Assembly: GCA_017939855.1 (NCBI GenBank)
Contig: JAGAZW010000255.1
Span: 1 to 29,841, forward strand
Source: Clostridia bacterium
GTDB lineage: Bacteria; Bacillota; Clostridia; Oscillospirales; Acutalibacteraceae
DNA length: 29,841 bases
Reading direction: 5' to 3'
A program made the translations under genes and the position numbers. This document shows positions 1-9,008 of this stretch, piece by piece. A model generated the notes under the pieces. That model was given only the letters and a program-made list of their open reading frames with translations. It had not been told where the DNA came from and made no database searches. Within the stretch, counting starts at the first letter, position 1; every line of letters begins with the position of its first letter.

Positions 1-786
1 GTCGAAGAAAGAGCTAAGGTGCGCCATCATTTAATTGAATTTTTGAGTTTTGAGGACAGCTTCACTGTTGCACATTATATACAAGCGGCAAAAAAAGCTA
101 TCGCCGATATTCACAGTCGAGGAAAAATCCCGATAGTCGTGGGAGGAACGGGACTTTATATTAATTCCTTAGTTGATAATATTATCTTCGCCGACTTTAA
201 AACCGATTTTGAGTTAAGAAAAAAGCTTGAAGATGAGATGGAAACTGTCGGTGCTGATGCGATGCTTTCAAGGTTGTATGAAATTGACCCTGAAACTGCA
301 CAGAAGCTTCATTCAAACGACCGAAGAAGGATAATAAGAGCCTTTGAAATCTATTACGGCTGCGGTATGACAAAGCATCAGCAGGATGTTCTTTCAAAAT
401 CTGAGGAATCCCCGTATGATGCGGTTATGATAGGAATAAATTATCGTGACCGAGAGAAATTGTATGAAAGAATAAATAAACGGGTCGAAAAGATGATTGA
501 AGAAGGCCTTTTGAGTGAGGCCAAAGCGGCATATAATCGCAACATAAAGCATACGTCCGGAGCTGTTCAGGCGATAGGTCATAAGGAGCTTTTTAAATAT
601 TTTATGGGGGAAAAATCCTTAGAAGAGTGTATAGAAAATCTTAAACGCTCTTCTCGCCGTTATGCCAAAAGGCAGATAACCTGGTTTTCGAAGGACCCTC
701 GTATAAATTGGATATATCCTGACGAATGTGACGATATATCAGCCCAAGCGCTTGAATTTATCCAGAAAGGAGTAAATGGTAGATGA
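1..786 (+). CDS. miaA: tRNA dimethylallyltransferase, 5'-truncated by the window edge
   Basis: Frame is open from base 1 (VEERAKVRHHLIEF). MiaA motifs: PIVVGGTGLYINSL, NDRRRIIRAFE, QAIGHKEL, RRYAKRQITWF. Confidence 0.96.
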   Translation, partial: VEERAKVRHHLIEFLSFEDSFTVAHYIQAAKKAIADIHSRGKIPIVVGGTGLYINSLVDNIIFADFKTDFELRKKLEDEMETVGADAMLSRLYEIDPETAQKLHSNDRRRIIRAFEIYYGCGMTKHQQDVLSKSEESPYDAVMIGINYRDREKLYERINKRVEKMIEEGLLSEAKAAYNRNIKHTSGAVQAIGHKELFKYFMGEKSLEECIENLKRSSRRYAKRQITWFSKDPRINWIYPDECDDISAQALEFIQKGVNGR

Positions 787-1994
787 AGGAACATTTTGTT
801 ATAAAAATATTGGCAATTTTAGGCATTACGGTATTTGCTGCCCATCAGATTTACTCCTCTGTATATAAACCCATAACAACCGAAAGTGCCGTAGCTTATA
901 CCGCTACAGACGGTCTTAATATAACCGGCGTACTTATACGTCAAGAGCAAATAGTCTCTAGTGATGATAAAGGGGTACTTCATTTTGAAACCTCTGACGG
1001 CAGTCGTGTTGCGAAGGGCGGCGTTATTGCGAATGTTTATAGTGACGCTGAGGATTCGGTTAATGTAAACAGACTTCGTGAAATAGAAGAACAAATAAAG
1101 GATATTGAGGAAATTCAAGGATACAACAATCTTCAGGCCTCCGACCTCGACCTTGCAAGTAGCAGAGTAAATACAGCGTTGAGTAATTTTGTCTTTAATT
1201 GTTCGGCGGGGAATTTCTTATCTGCCCACGAAGACAGTGCGGTGCTTTTATCTGCTACCAACCGCAAACAGATTATAACGGGAGAAGAAATAGATTTTTC
1301 AGAGAAGTTATCGAGCCTTAAAGCCCAAAGGGATAAGATATCCGAATCTCTTTCAAGCCCTATTGATACTATTACGGCCGACGAGTCTTCCGGATACTTT
1401 GTTTCCTCAACCGACGGATACGAGCAGGTGCTTTCTTGCGAAAATCTGGATAAACTCACACCCGAATATTTAAGCGATATTAAACCTAAAAGTGTCCAGA
1501 AAAATGCGATAGGTAAAATAGTTTCGGATTATGAATGGTATATAGCAGCACGAATCTCTCTGAATGACTCTCTTAAGTATAAGCAGGGAGAATCCCTTAC
1601 AATTCGCACGTCAGACAAGACTATGGAACCATTGCCTGTCACTGTCAAACAAATAAACATATCTGAAAAATCTTCGAGTGCGGTGGTTATATTCTCCTGT
1701 CAGCAGATGAACAGCACCCTCGCTTGTATGCGAACGGGTGCTATGACGGTCATAAACAAGGAATACACAGGGCTTAAAGTGAGCAAAAAGGCGTTAAGGG
1801 TAGTAAAAGGAAAAACGGGAGTTTATGTGCTGTCCGGAATTAATATCAGGTTTTTGCCCGTCGAGGTCATATATACGCACGAGGAATATGTTATCTGCAA
1901 ACAAATAAAGGAAAACGCTGATAATATTTTAAGGCTCTATGACCAGGTGGTTGTGAAAGGAAAGAATTTATATGACGGAAAAGTCATCGGTTGA
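783..1994 (+). CDS. HlyD/membrane-fusion-protein-like (periplasmic adaptor family) protein with N-terminal membrane anchor
   Basis: N-terminal hydrophobic helix, lipoyl-like half-motifs (DKGVLHFETSDGSRVAKGGVI; ITADESSGYF) flanking a coiled-coil, and an MFP-like C-terminus (GLKVSKKALRVVKGKTGVYVL). ATGA overlap with miaA. Confidence 0.75.
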   Translation: MKEHFVIKILAILGITVFAAHQIYSSVYKPITTESAVAYTATDGLNITGVLIRQEQIVSSDDKGVLHFETSDGSRVAKGGVIANVYSDAEDSVNVNRLREIEEQIKDIEEIQGYNNLQASDLDLASSRVNTALSNFVFNCSAGNFLSAHEDSAVLLSATNRKQIITGEEIDFSEKLSSLKAQRDKISESLSSPIDTITADESSGYFVSSTDGYEQVLSCENLDKLTPEYLSDIKPKSVQKNAIGKIVSDYEWYIAARISLNDSLKYKQGESLTIRTSDKTMEPLPVTVKQINISEKSSSAVVIFSCQQMNSTLACMRTGAMTVINKEYTGLKVSKKALRVVKGKTGVYVLSGINIRFLPVEVIYTHEEYVICKQIKENADNILRLYDQVVVKGKNLYDGKVIG

Positions 1995-2682
1995 GATTTT
2001 TGAGGAAAATTTTGCTCAAATAAAGAAAAACATCAAAATTGCAGCAGAGAAAAGCGGCAGAAGCGAAAAAGACATTATTCTACTTGCTGCAACTAAGACG
2101 GTGGATTGTGAAACTATAAACTATGCAATAAATGCTGGTGTAAAGTATATAGGCGAAAACAGGGTTCAGGAGTTTTTATCTAAAAAGGATTCACTTTGCG
2201 AGTGTCACCGTCATTTTATAGGTCATCTTCAGACCAATAAGGTAAAGGACATAATCGAGCACGTCGAGCTTATTCATTCGGTAGATTCTGTTCGCTTAGC
2301 ACGAGAAATTTCAAAGCAAAGCATAAAGCATAATAAAACAATGGACATTTTGCTTGAGGTAAATATAGGTGCCGAAGAAAGCAAGTCCGGTTTTTTGGAA
2401 GAAGAACTCATATTAGCAGCAGAAGAAATATCCAAATTACCTTCAATTCGTATTCGTGGACTTATGGCAATCCCTCCTGTTATGGAGTCTGAGGGGGATA
2501 ATGATAAATATTTCATAAAAATGAAGAAACTGTTTATTGACATTGGTAGCAAAAAAATGGATAATAGTAGTATAGATATACTTTCTATGGGTATGTCCGA
2601 TGACTATGTCGCCGCTATAGAAGCGGGCTCAAATCTCGTAAGAATCGGTACAGCTTTATTTGGAAAGAGAATATATAAATAA
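1972..2682 (+). CDS. yggS: YggS/YlmE pyridoxal phosphate homeostasis protein
   Basis: LLAATKTV (PLP lysine), IGENRVQE, HFIGHLQTNKVK, IRGLMAIPP, LSMGMSDDY, GSNLVRIGTALFG. Confidence 0.96.
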   Translation: MTEKSSVEIFEENFAQIKKNIKIAAEKSGRSEKDIILLAATKTVDCETINYAINAGVKYIGENRVQEFLSKKDSLCECHRHFIGHLQTNKVKDIIEHVELIHSVDSVRLAREISKQSIKHNKTMDILLEVNIGAEESKSGFLEEELILAAEEISKLPSIRIRGLMAIPPVMESEGDNDKYFIKMKKLFIDIGSKKMDNSSIDILSMGMSDDYVAAIEAGSNLVRIGTALFGKRIYK

Positions 2683-2718
2683 AAGCCGAAAGGTTTTAAA
2701 AGATAAAGGAGTGTAAAT

Positions 2719-3186
2719 ATGGGTCTTTGGGAAAGCTTTAAAAACATAATGACTATCCCCGATGAAGATGATTATGATGAAGAGGTGGCAGAGACTGTAG
2801 CAGGTGAAGAAAAGAAAAAGAGTTATGATGACTCTTTTTCCGCTAAAACTTCAGAGTCTCCAAGACTTATTAAATCTAAAGCAGGTTCGTCTTCTCGTGC
2901 GGCAGCTCCTCAACTTCAGGTGGTTTTGGTTAAGCCCGACCGCTTTGAAGATGTAACCTCCATTGCAGACCATCTTAACGAAAAGAAGACGGTTGTTCTG
3001 AATTTGGAGGCGGCAAACCGTGATGTTTCCCGCAGAATAATTGACTTTTTAAGCGGTGTTGCCTATGCAAATCACGGCAATATCCGTAAAGTTGCTAACA
3101 GCACCTTCATTATTGTTGCTCATGACGTGGATGTTATGGGAGAACTTATGCTTGATGATTACGAAGAAGGTAAACTATACTTTTAA
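2719..3186 (+). CDS. sepF: Cell division protein SepF
   Basis: C-terminal SepF domain (VVLVKPDRFED, VVLNLE, RRIIDFLSGVAYA); AAGGAG RBS; position after yggS. Confidence 0.95.
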   Translation: MGLWESFKNIMTIPDEDDYDEEVAETVAGEEKKKSYDDSFSAKTSESPRLIKSKAGSSSRAAAPQLQVVLVKPDRFEDVTSIADHLNEKKTVVLNLEAANRDVSRRIIDFLSGVAYANHGNIRKVANSTFIIVAHDVDVMGELMLDDYEEGKLYF

Positions 3187-3920
3187 TGGATAGAGAAATT
3201 CTTCTTGCACGTGCAGAAGACACCGCTGATAAATGCGAAAAAACATCTGCTCCTGCTTTTTTAGGGTTTCTGACAGATGAAGAGGCGGCGTTAATAGCAG
3301 CCTTTTTCGGTGGCAAAAAAATCAAATTCGGATTTTTCGGAGGATTTGATGACGCTACTCGTAAATATCTTGCGTGTTTACCTGACTGGTGTGAAGATAC
3401 AGCTTATCCTATAATGGCCGTTACATTTACTTTCAGAGAATGCGACGTGTTGTCTCATAGGGATTTTTTAGGTGCGCTTATGGGACTTGGCATCTCGAGG
3501 GAAAGTGTAGGAGATATACTTGTTGAAAAAGCGAGAGCCGTTGTGTTTTTAAGCCGTGAAATAGCAGGGTATGTATTTAGTCAAATAAAAAAGGTAGGCT
3601 CAGTGGGTGTAAAATGCGAAGAAGGCTATTCCTATCCGTTACCCCAGTTTAGTAAAAGAGTAGAGGCTTGTTGTACAGTGTCGTCGTTACGGCTTGATAA
3701 TGTTGTATCAGCCATTTGCAGCATATCCAGAAACGAAGCGGCGCAATTGTTGGAAGAAAAGAGAGTTTCGCTTTGCGGACTTACCGTCCAAAAGACAACA
3801 AAGCTTGTATCTTCAGGTGATAAAATCAGCATCAGAGGCAAGGGCGTATTCTATATAACCGATACCGAATCTCTTTCAAAAAAGGGCAGAATTATTTTAA
3901 GATACGAAAAATTCATATAA
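3186..3920 (+). CDS. ylmH: YlmH/Sll1252-family S4 RNA-binding protein
   Basis: LSHRDFLGALMGLGISRESVGDI, SSLRLDNVVS (S4), GDKISIRGKG; TAATG overlap with sepF. Confidence 0.92.
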   Translation: MDREILLARAEDTADKCEKTSAPAFLGFLTDEEAALIAAFFGGKKIKFGFFGGFDDATRKYLACLPDWCEDTAYPIMAVTFTFRECDVLSHRDFLGALMGLGISRESVGDILVEKARAVVFLSREIAGYVFSQIKKVGSVGVKCEEGYSYPLPQFSKRVEACCTVSSLRLDNVVSAICSISRNEAAQLLEEKRVSLCGLTVQKTTKLVSSGDKISIRGKGVFYITDTESLSKKGRIILRYEKFI

Positions 3921-3937
3921 TAAACGGAGATGATTTA

Positions 3938-4705
3938 ATGCTTTCCTCAAAGGAAATTCGCACAATCAAATTTTCTAATGCGGTTGGCGGCTATAAAAAA
4001 GAAGAGGTTGATATACTCCTTGATAAGTTAGAGGTCGACCTCGATAAGTATGAAAGAATTTTCGCAGAACAAAGCGCAAAAATTGAGGCGCTGAACATGG
4101 AAATTGAAAACTATAAGGTTTCTCAAAACAGTATTCAGAACGTTCTGCTTTCCGCCCAAAAACTTGCTGACCAGATTGTTGAAGAAGCAAAGTTGAAGAG
4201 TGAGCAGATTGTTAAAGAGGCAGAAGCGAGTATAGAGCTAATAACTGCCAAAGAAAAGGAGCTTTCCTTTGCTTTTGACAGAAAAGCGGGAGAGAGGAAG
4301 GCAAAACTGGAGGAAGAAATCGAGCAGTATTTGACTCTTTCCAAAGAACAGGCAACAAAAATAGAAAAGGCTACCGAAGATTGTGTAGAACGTCAACAGG
4401 CAATATTTGAAAGAACAAAATTGGAAATTGCCAACTTCAAAGCTGATATAACCAAGCGTTATAAGGAGCATCTTGAAATGCTTTCAAAGCTTCCCGACAC
4501 AGCTGACGTTGATCCTCGTCTTGCTGCGAAAGCAATAAAGGGAAATGAAGACAACAATTTTGATATGAATAGTTTTTCACCCGAGCAGCAGCTCGAAAAA
4601 ACCGAAGTATCGTCACAAGCGGTTATAGAAGCCTTTAATGACGGTATGGAGGAGCTTGAACAAGACTCTGCTGGATTTACAGTGGACGATAATATTAAAG
4701 AATAG
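3938..4705 (+). CDS. divIVA: DivIVA domain cell-division protein
   Basis: N-terminal DivIVA motif (EIRTIKFSNAVGGYKKEEVDILLD) followed by a long coiled-coil (VLLSAQKLADQIVEEAK). Confidence 0.9.
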   Translation: MLSSKEIRTIKFSNAVGGYKKEEVDILLDKLEVDLDKYERIFAEQSAKIEALNMEIENYKVSQNSIQNVLLSAQKLADQIVEEAKLKSEQIVKEAEASIELITAKEKELSFAFDRKAGERKAKLEEEIEQYLTLSKEQATKIEKATEDCVERQQAIFERTKLEIANFKADITKRYKEHLEMLSKLPDTADVDPRLAAKAIKGNEDNNFDMNSFSPEQQLEKTEVSSQAVIEAFNDGMEELEQDSAGFTVDDNIKE

Positions 4706-4722
4706 AGAGTGTGAAGAGTTAA

Positions 4723-5232
4723 TTGATTTCTTATATACTTGCTGTCCTTGTGGGTCTGGGCATTATATCGCTTGATCAGATAAGCAAATGGATAGTATCA
4801 TCAAATATGGAACTGGCAGGAAAACCTATAGGCTTTATTGACGGGTTTATCGAATTTTCATATATTCATAATGATGGTGGTGCCTGGGGCTTTATGAGTG
4901 GCAACACATGGCTTTTGGTGTCTATGACGGTCATTGCTATGCTCATATGTCTTGCCTTGCTTCTTCGTCACGGGCTTTGCAATAAGCTTTTGTTTTGGTC
5001 AATGATATGTATTCTTTCAGGTGGAATCGGTAATCTTATAGACCGAATTTTCCGTTCGGGGAACGTAATAGACTTTATAAATTTTCAGTTCATTGACTTT
5101 CCGGTTTTTAACATAGCGGATATAGCGGTTTGTGTTGGTACGGGTCTGCTCGTTCTTTATTTTGTGTTGGATACTTTTAAGGATATAAAGGCCAGAAGAG
5201 AAAACGTAAAGATAAAAGAAAATGGAAATTAA
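4723..5232 (+). CDS. lspA: Lipoprotein signal peptidase II
   Basis: LDQISK, HNDGGAWG, GGIGNLIDR, VIDFI, PVFNIADIAV; TTG start. Confidence 0.95.
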   Translation: MISYILAVLVGLGIISLDQISKWIVSSNMELAGKPIGFIDGFIEFSYIHNDGGAWGFMSGNTWLLVSMTVIAMLICLALLLRHGLCNKLLFWSMICILSGGIGNLIDRIFRSGNVIDFINFQFIDFPVFNIADIAVCVGTGLLVLYFVLDTFKDIKARRENVKIKENGN

Positions 5233-6136
5233 GGTATGCTTTGACGGCAAAATAGGTTGCCGACTTGATGTTTTTGTATCTGAGGCAGCCTGTGTTTCAC
5301 GGTCGAGAGCCGTTTCGCTTATTGAGCAAGGAGCTGTGAGGGTAAATAGTACAAAATGTCCTAAAAATTTTAAGTTGAAACCGGAAGATAAAATTGAAAT
5401 TTTTGTCCCGGAACCCGAAGAATACACCGCAAAAGCCGAAAACATTCCCCTAGATATAGTTTATGAGGATAATGACGTTTTAGTTGTGAATAAGCCTAAA
5501 GGAATGGTAGTTCATCCCGCCTCCGGAAACTATAGCGGCACCCTTGTTAATGCAATAATGTATCATTGTGGTGACAGCCTTTCGGGAATAAACGGTGTTA
5601 TGCGTCCGGGAATCGTACATCGCATTGATAAAAATACAAGCGGACTTTTAATGATTGCTAAAAACGATAATGCACATAATTTTTTAGCGCAACAAATAAA
5701 AACGCATTCCTTTACCAGAGAATATGAGGCAGTAGTATACGGAAACATTAAAGAAGAAAGTGGGACTGTCGATGCGCCTATTGGACGTCATCCGGTAAAG
5801 CGTAAGCAAATGGCTGTTACAGATAAAAACAGTAAAGAGGCTGTGACTCATTTCTCCGTTTTAAAAAGAATGGAAAAATTTACCCATATAAGACTTAAAC
5901 TACAAACGGGCAGAACTCATCAGATAAGGGTACATATGTCTTATATAGGGCATCCTGTTGCAGGAGACGAAGTGTATGGTCCCACGAAGGTTATAAAATC
6001 TCTCGGAGGTCAGTGTCTACACGCTAAAAAGATAGGCTTTGTCCATCCAAACGGTGAATATATGGAATTTGAAAGTGACCTGCCCGAATATTTTAAATTG
6101 TTTTTGGAAAAGGAAACTAAAAATGAAGCTTTTTGA
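5222..6136 (+). CDS. rluD: RluA-family pseudouridine synthase (RluD-like, N-terminal S4)
   Basis: RLDVFVS (S4), VVNKPKGMVVHP, RPGIVHRIDKNTSGL (catalytic Asp), LQTGRTHQIRVHM, LHAKKIGF. Confidence 0.93.
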   Translation: MEIKVCFDGKIGCRLDVFVSEAACVSRSRAVSLIEQGAVRVNSTKCPKNFKLKPEDKIEIFVPEPEEYTAKAENIPLDIVYEDNDVLVVNKPKGMVVHPASGNYSGTLVNAIMYHCGDSLSGINGVMRPGIVHRIDKNTSGLLMIAKNDNAHNFLAQQIKTHSFTREYEAVVYGNIKEESGTVDAPIGRHPVKRKQMAVTDKNSKEAVTHFSVLKRMEKFTHIRLKLQTGRTHQIRVHMSYIGHPVAGDEVYGPTKVIKSLGGQCLHAKKIGFVHPNGEYMEFESDLPEYFKLFLEKETKNEAF

Positions 6137-6974
6137 GGGTTGGCTTATTGCGGCGGATGTAGACGGTACGTTAATGACAAATGGAGTAATACCGCAAAGA
6201 AACATTGAAAAAATAGAATGGTTTTTATCTGAGGGCGGATTTTTTTCACTCTCTACCGGAAGAACTCCGGGAGCTGTGGGCGACATCAGAGAGAAAATTA
6301 AAAATATATCACCGTCAATAATGGGCAACGGTGCAATGATATATGATTTCGAGAAAGATGAGCTTGTATATAATCGTTGCTTACCGCAGGAAGATAAAAT
6401 AGTCATAAAGACAATTTATGACGAATGTAGTGATCTGGGAATGGAAATCCATTCGGGAGTAAATGTTCTGGTTCCCAGAAGAAGCGAGGAAACAGATATT
6501 CACGAAAGCTATGAAAGTCTAGAGGTCTCTAATCCGTCTATGGAAAAGGCTATGGAATATCCTTGGACTAAGGTTTTGGTAGCTTTAAAAGATGAGAACG
6601 ATGCTCTGAGGGTAAAAGAAATAGTGTCACGCTTTGAGTTAAAATCAAGGTTTTTAAACACAACTGCGAGAATAGACGGTAAAGATTATCATTATTTAGA
6701 GCAGGTGTGCGAGGGAACATCAAAGGCATCGGCACTAAAAGAACTTTGCAAGATTCTCAATATAAAAAACGGGCGTTGTTGTGCTATAGGGGACTATTAT
6801 AACGATTTTGAAATGCTTTTGTCTGCCGATATTTCGGCGTCCCCCCTAGATGCACCCGACGATATAAAAGAAAAGGTTAATTTCATATGTTCAAAGGCTG
6901 AATACGGCGCAGTTGCCGATTTCATAGATTACATACAAGAGGCTATAAGAAAGGAAACAAAAAATGGACGCTAA
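6123..6974 (+). CDS. Cof-type HAD-IIB family hydrolase
   Basis: DVDGTL, STGR, SKASAL, AIGDYYNDFEML. Start placed at ATG 6123 (MKLFEG, after AAGGA) rather than the ORF-track start at 6039. Confidence 0.9.
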   Translation: MKLFEGWLIAADVDGTLMTNGVIPQRNIEKIEWFLSEGGFFSLSTGRTPGAVGDIREKIKNISPSIMGNGAMIYDFEKDELVYNRCLPQEDKIVIKTIYDECSDLGMEIHSGVNVLVPRRSEETDIHESYESLEVSNPSMEKAMEYPWTKVLVALKDENDALRVKEIVSRFELKSRFLNTTARIDGKDYHYLEQVCEGTSKASALKELCKILNIKNGRCCAIGDYYNDFEMLLSADISASPLDAPDDIKEKVNFICSKAEYGAVADFIDYIQEAIRKETKNGR

Positions 6975-7800
6975 TTTAAAGAAAGAACTTTCAAAACAGG
7001 CAGTAAAAGTCAGAATGGGCATAATCGATGCCGTGCATTCTGCAAAATCGGGACATCCGGGAGGCTCACTTTCGTGTGCAGATATATTGACATATCTATA
7101 CTTCGAAAAGATGAACATAGACCCTAAAAATCCTGATAAAGCAGACAGGGACAGATTTGTTTTATCAAAGGGTCACGCTTCCCCGGCTCTTTATTCTGTA
7201 CTCGCTAATCGAGGTTTTTTTGAGGTTGAGGAGCTTAAGAATTTCCGTCAGATAGGCTCAATGCTTCAAGGTCATCCCGACAAGAAAAAGGTACCGGGTG
7301 TCGATATGACAACTGGCTCTCTCGGTCAGGGAATATCTGCTGCAGTTGGAATGGCGCTATCGGCTAAACATTTTGGTGATGATTTCAAAGTTTATGCCGT
7401 TTTAGGTGACGGTGAGCTTGAAGAGGGTCAGGTATGGGAGGCAGCAATGTTTGCTGCAAACAAAGGACTTTCTAATTTGATTGCGTTTATTGATAACAAT
7501 AATCTTCAAATTGACGGAACTATTGATGAAGTAAACTCCGCAAAGCCAATAGATAAAAAATTCGAGGCTTTTAACTGGAAGGTAATATGCATCGACGGCA
7601 ATGACTTTGATCAAATAGAGGCTGCCGTTAATGAGGCTGAAAAATCAGATAAACCTGTTGCAATAGTTTGTAGCACGGTTAAAGGCAAAGGCGTTTCCTA
7701 TATGGAAAATGCAGTTAATTGGCACGGTTCAGCTCCAAATGATGAGTTGTATCAGGTTGCAATGGGTGAATTAAACGAAGCCCTTGCAAAATTAGCATAA
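6964..7800 (+). CDS. tkt: Transketolase, N-terminal (TPP-binding) subunit
   Basis: SGHPGGSLS, RDRFVLSKGHASPALY, LQGHP, TTGSLGQG, GDGELEEGQVWEA. Confidence 0.95.
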   Translation: MDANLKKELSKQAVKVRMGIIDAVHSAKSGHPGGSLSCADILTYLYFEKMNIDPKNPDKADRDRFVLSKGHASPALYSVLANRGFFEVEELKNFRQIGSMLQGHPDKKKVPGVDMTTGSLGQGISAAVGMALSAKHFGDDFKVYAVLGDGELEEGQVWEAAMFAANKGLSNLIAFIDNNNLQIDGTIDEVNSAKPIDKKFEAFNWKVICIDGNDFDQIEAAVNEAEKSDKPVAIVCSTVKGKGVSYMENAVNWHGSAPNDELYQVAMGELNEALAKLA

Positions 7801-7813
7801 GGAGGTTGCAAAA

Positions 7814-8761
7814 ATGGGAGAAGTTAAAACAGCGGCAACCAGAGCAAGTTTTGGTAAGGCTTTGGTACAGCTTGGAGAAAAAAGAAACGATTTTATAGTT
7901 ATGGATGCGGACCTTGCTGCAGCAACGCAGACAGGTATGTTCAAAAAGGCATTCCCCGAGAGATTTTATGACTGCGGAATAGCTGAGCAGAATATGATAA
8001 GTATTGCTGCAGGTATTGCCACAACCGGCAGAAAGGTGATAGTTTCATCTTTTGCTATGTTTGCTGCAGGAAGAGCGTTTGAACAAATAAGAAATTCCGT
8101 TGGATATCCAAACCTTAATGTTATTATCGGTGCTACACATGCGGGTATTTCTGTCGGCGAGGACGGTGCTACCCATCAGTGCTGTGAGGATATAGCCTTG
8201 ATGCGTACCATACCGGGTATGACTATTATTAATCCCGCTGATGAGACTGAAGCAATTAAAGCAGTTCATGCGGCTATGGAGGTAGACGGACCTGTTTATA
8301 TGCGCTTTGGAAGACTCGCAGTACCCTTCATATTTGACGAGGACTATGATTTTAAAATCGGTAAGGGCGTAGAGCTAAGAAATGGTGACGATGTGACCAT
8401 AATTGCAACCGGTCTTATGGTAAACGAAGCTTTACAGGCTCACGATATCCTAAAAGAACAGGGCATTTCTGCAAGAGTTATCAATATTGCTACCATTAAG
8501 CCTCTGGATGAGGAAATTGTCATAAAAGCAGCTAAGGAAACAGGCGCAATTGTTACTGCCGAAGAGCACACAGTTATAGGAGGCCTTGGTTCTGCAGTAG
8601 CTGATGTTGTTTGTGAAAACTGTCCTGTTCCGGTTATTAAATTGGGCGTTTATGATGTATACGGTCATTCAGGTCCCGCACCGAAGCTTCTTGATGAGTT
8701 TGGTCTTCGTGCAAAAGACATCGCTGAAAAGGCAAAGAAAGCATTAGAGCTTAAAAAGTAA
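7814..8761 (+). CDS. tkt: Transketolase, C-terminal (pyrimidine-binding) subunit
   Basis: DADLAAAT, CGIAEQNM, RAFEQIRNS, VGEDGATHQ, EEHTVIGGLGSAVA. Confidence 0.95.
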   Translation: MGEVKTAATRASFGKALVQLGEKRNDFIVMDADLAAATQTGMFKKAFPERFYDCGIAEQNMISIAAGIATTGRKVIVSSFAMFAAGRAFEQIRNSVGYPNLNVIIGATHAGISVGEDGATHQCCEDIALMRTIPGMTIINPADETEAIKAVHAAMEVDGPVYMRFGRLAVPFIFDEDYDFKIGKGVELRNGDDVTIIATGLMVNEALQAHDILKEQGISARVINIATIKPLDEEIVIKAAKETGAIVTAEEHTVIGGLGSAVADVVCENCPVPVIKLGVYDVYGHSGPAPKLLDEFGLRAKDIAEKAKKALELKK

Positions 8762-8817
8762 GAATTTAACATCGTGCAAAACGTGGAACATATCATTTTG
8801 TTTTGTCACGATAATAC

Positions 8818-8849
8818 AAAAAGGAGATGCCGAAAGGCATCTTCTTTTT
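8818..8849. terminator. Rho-independent terminator after the transketolase operon, probably usable on both strands
   Basis: AAAAAGGAGATGCC-GAAA-GGCATCTTCTTTTT hairpin with A and T tracts. Confidence 0.9.
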
Positions 8850-8910
8850 GCGCTTGGCGACTTAAAATCCCTGAGTTACAGTTAGCGTTGCAACACTAGA
8901 GGATATGATG

Positions 8911-8938
8911 ATTATAACATATTTTTGCGAAATATCAA
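8911..8938 (-). promoter_or_regulatory. Putative sigma-A promoter on the minus strand with no annotated gene downstream
   Basis: Minus strand reads TTGATA (8938-8933), 16 nt, TATAAT (8916-8911), with TG in the extended -10 position. Confidence 0.5.
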
Positions 8939-8995
8939 GTACTCGAAGTATTTTTCTTGAAAAAACTTTTATAATTATATCAAGTAAATGAAGTA
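8932..8995. repeat. Pair of 19-bp direct repeats upstream of the XRE gene (candidate operators)
   Basis: ATATCAAGTACTCGAAGTA (8932-8950) and ATATCAAGTAAATGAAGTA (8977-8995); 16/19 identical, starts 45 bp apart. Confidence 0.75.
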
Positions 8996-9008
8996 AGGGA
9001 GTATTGAT

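Noticed and set aside
19-786. ORF-track start of miaA at GTG 19
   Set aside because: The frame is open to base 1 and the N-terminal P-loop of MiaA is missing, so the real start lies upstream of the window.
2682-2697. Small hairpin AAAGCC-GAAA-GGTTTT between yggS and sepF
   Set aside because: Only about 6 weak pairs including G-U and no separate U-tract; too weak to call a terminator.
8775-8790. parS-like 16-mer TGCAAAACGTGGAACA
   Set aside because: Only the right half matches TGTTTCACGTGGAACA (12/16); four mismatches in the left arm and no origin-region genes nearby.
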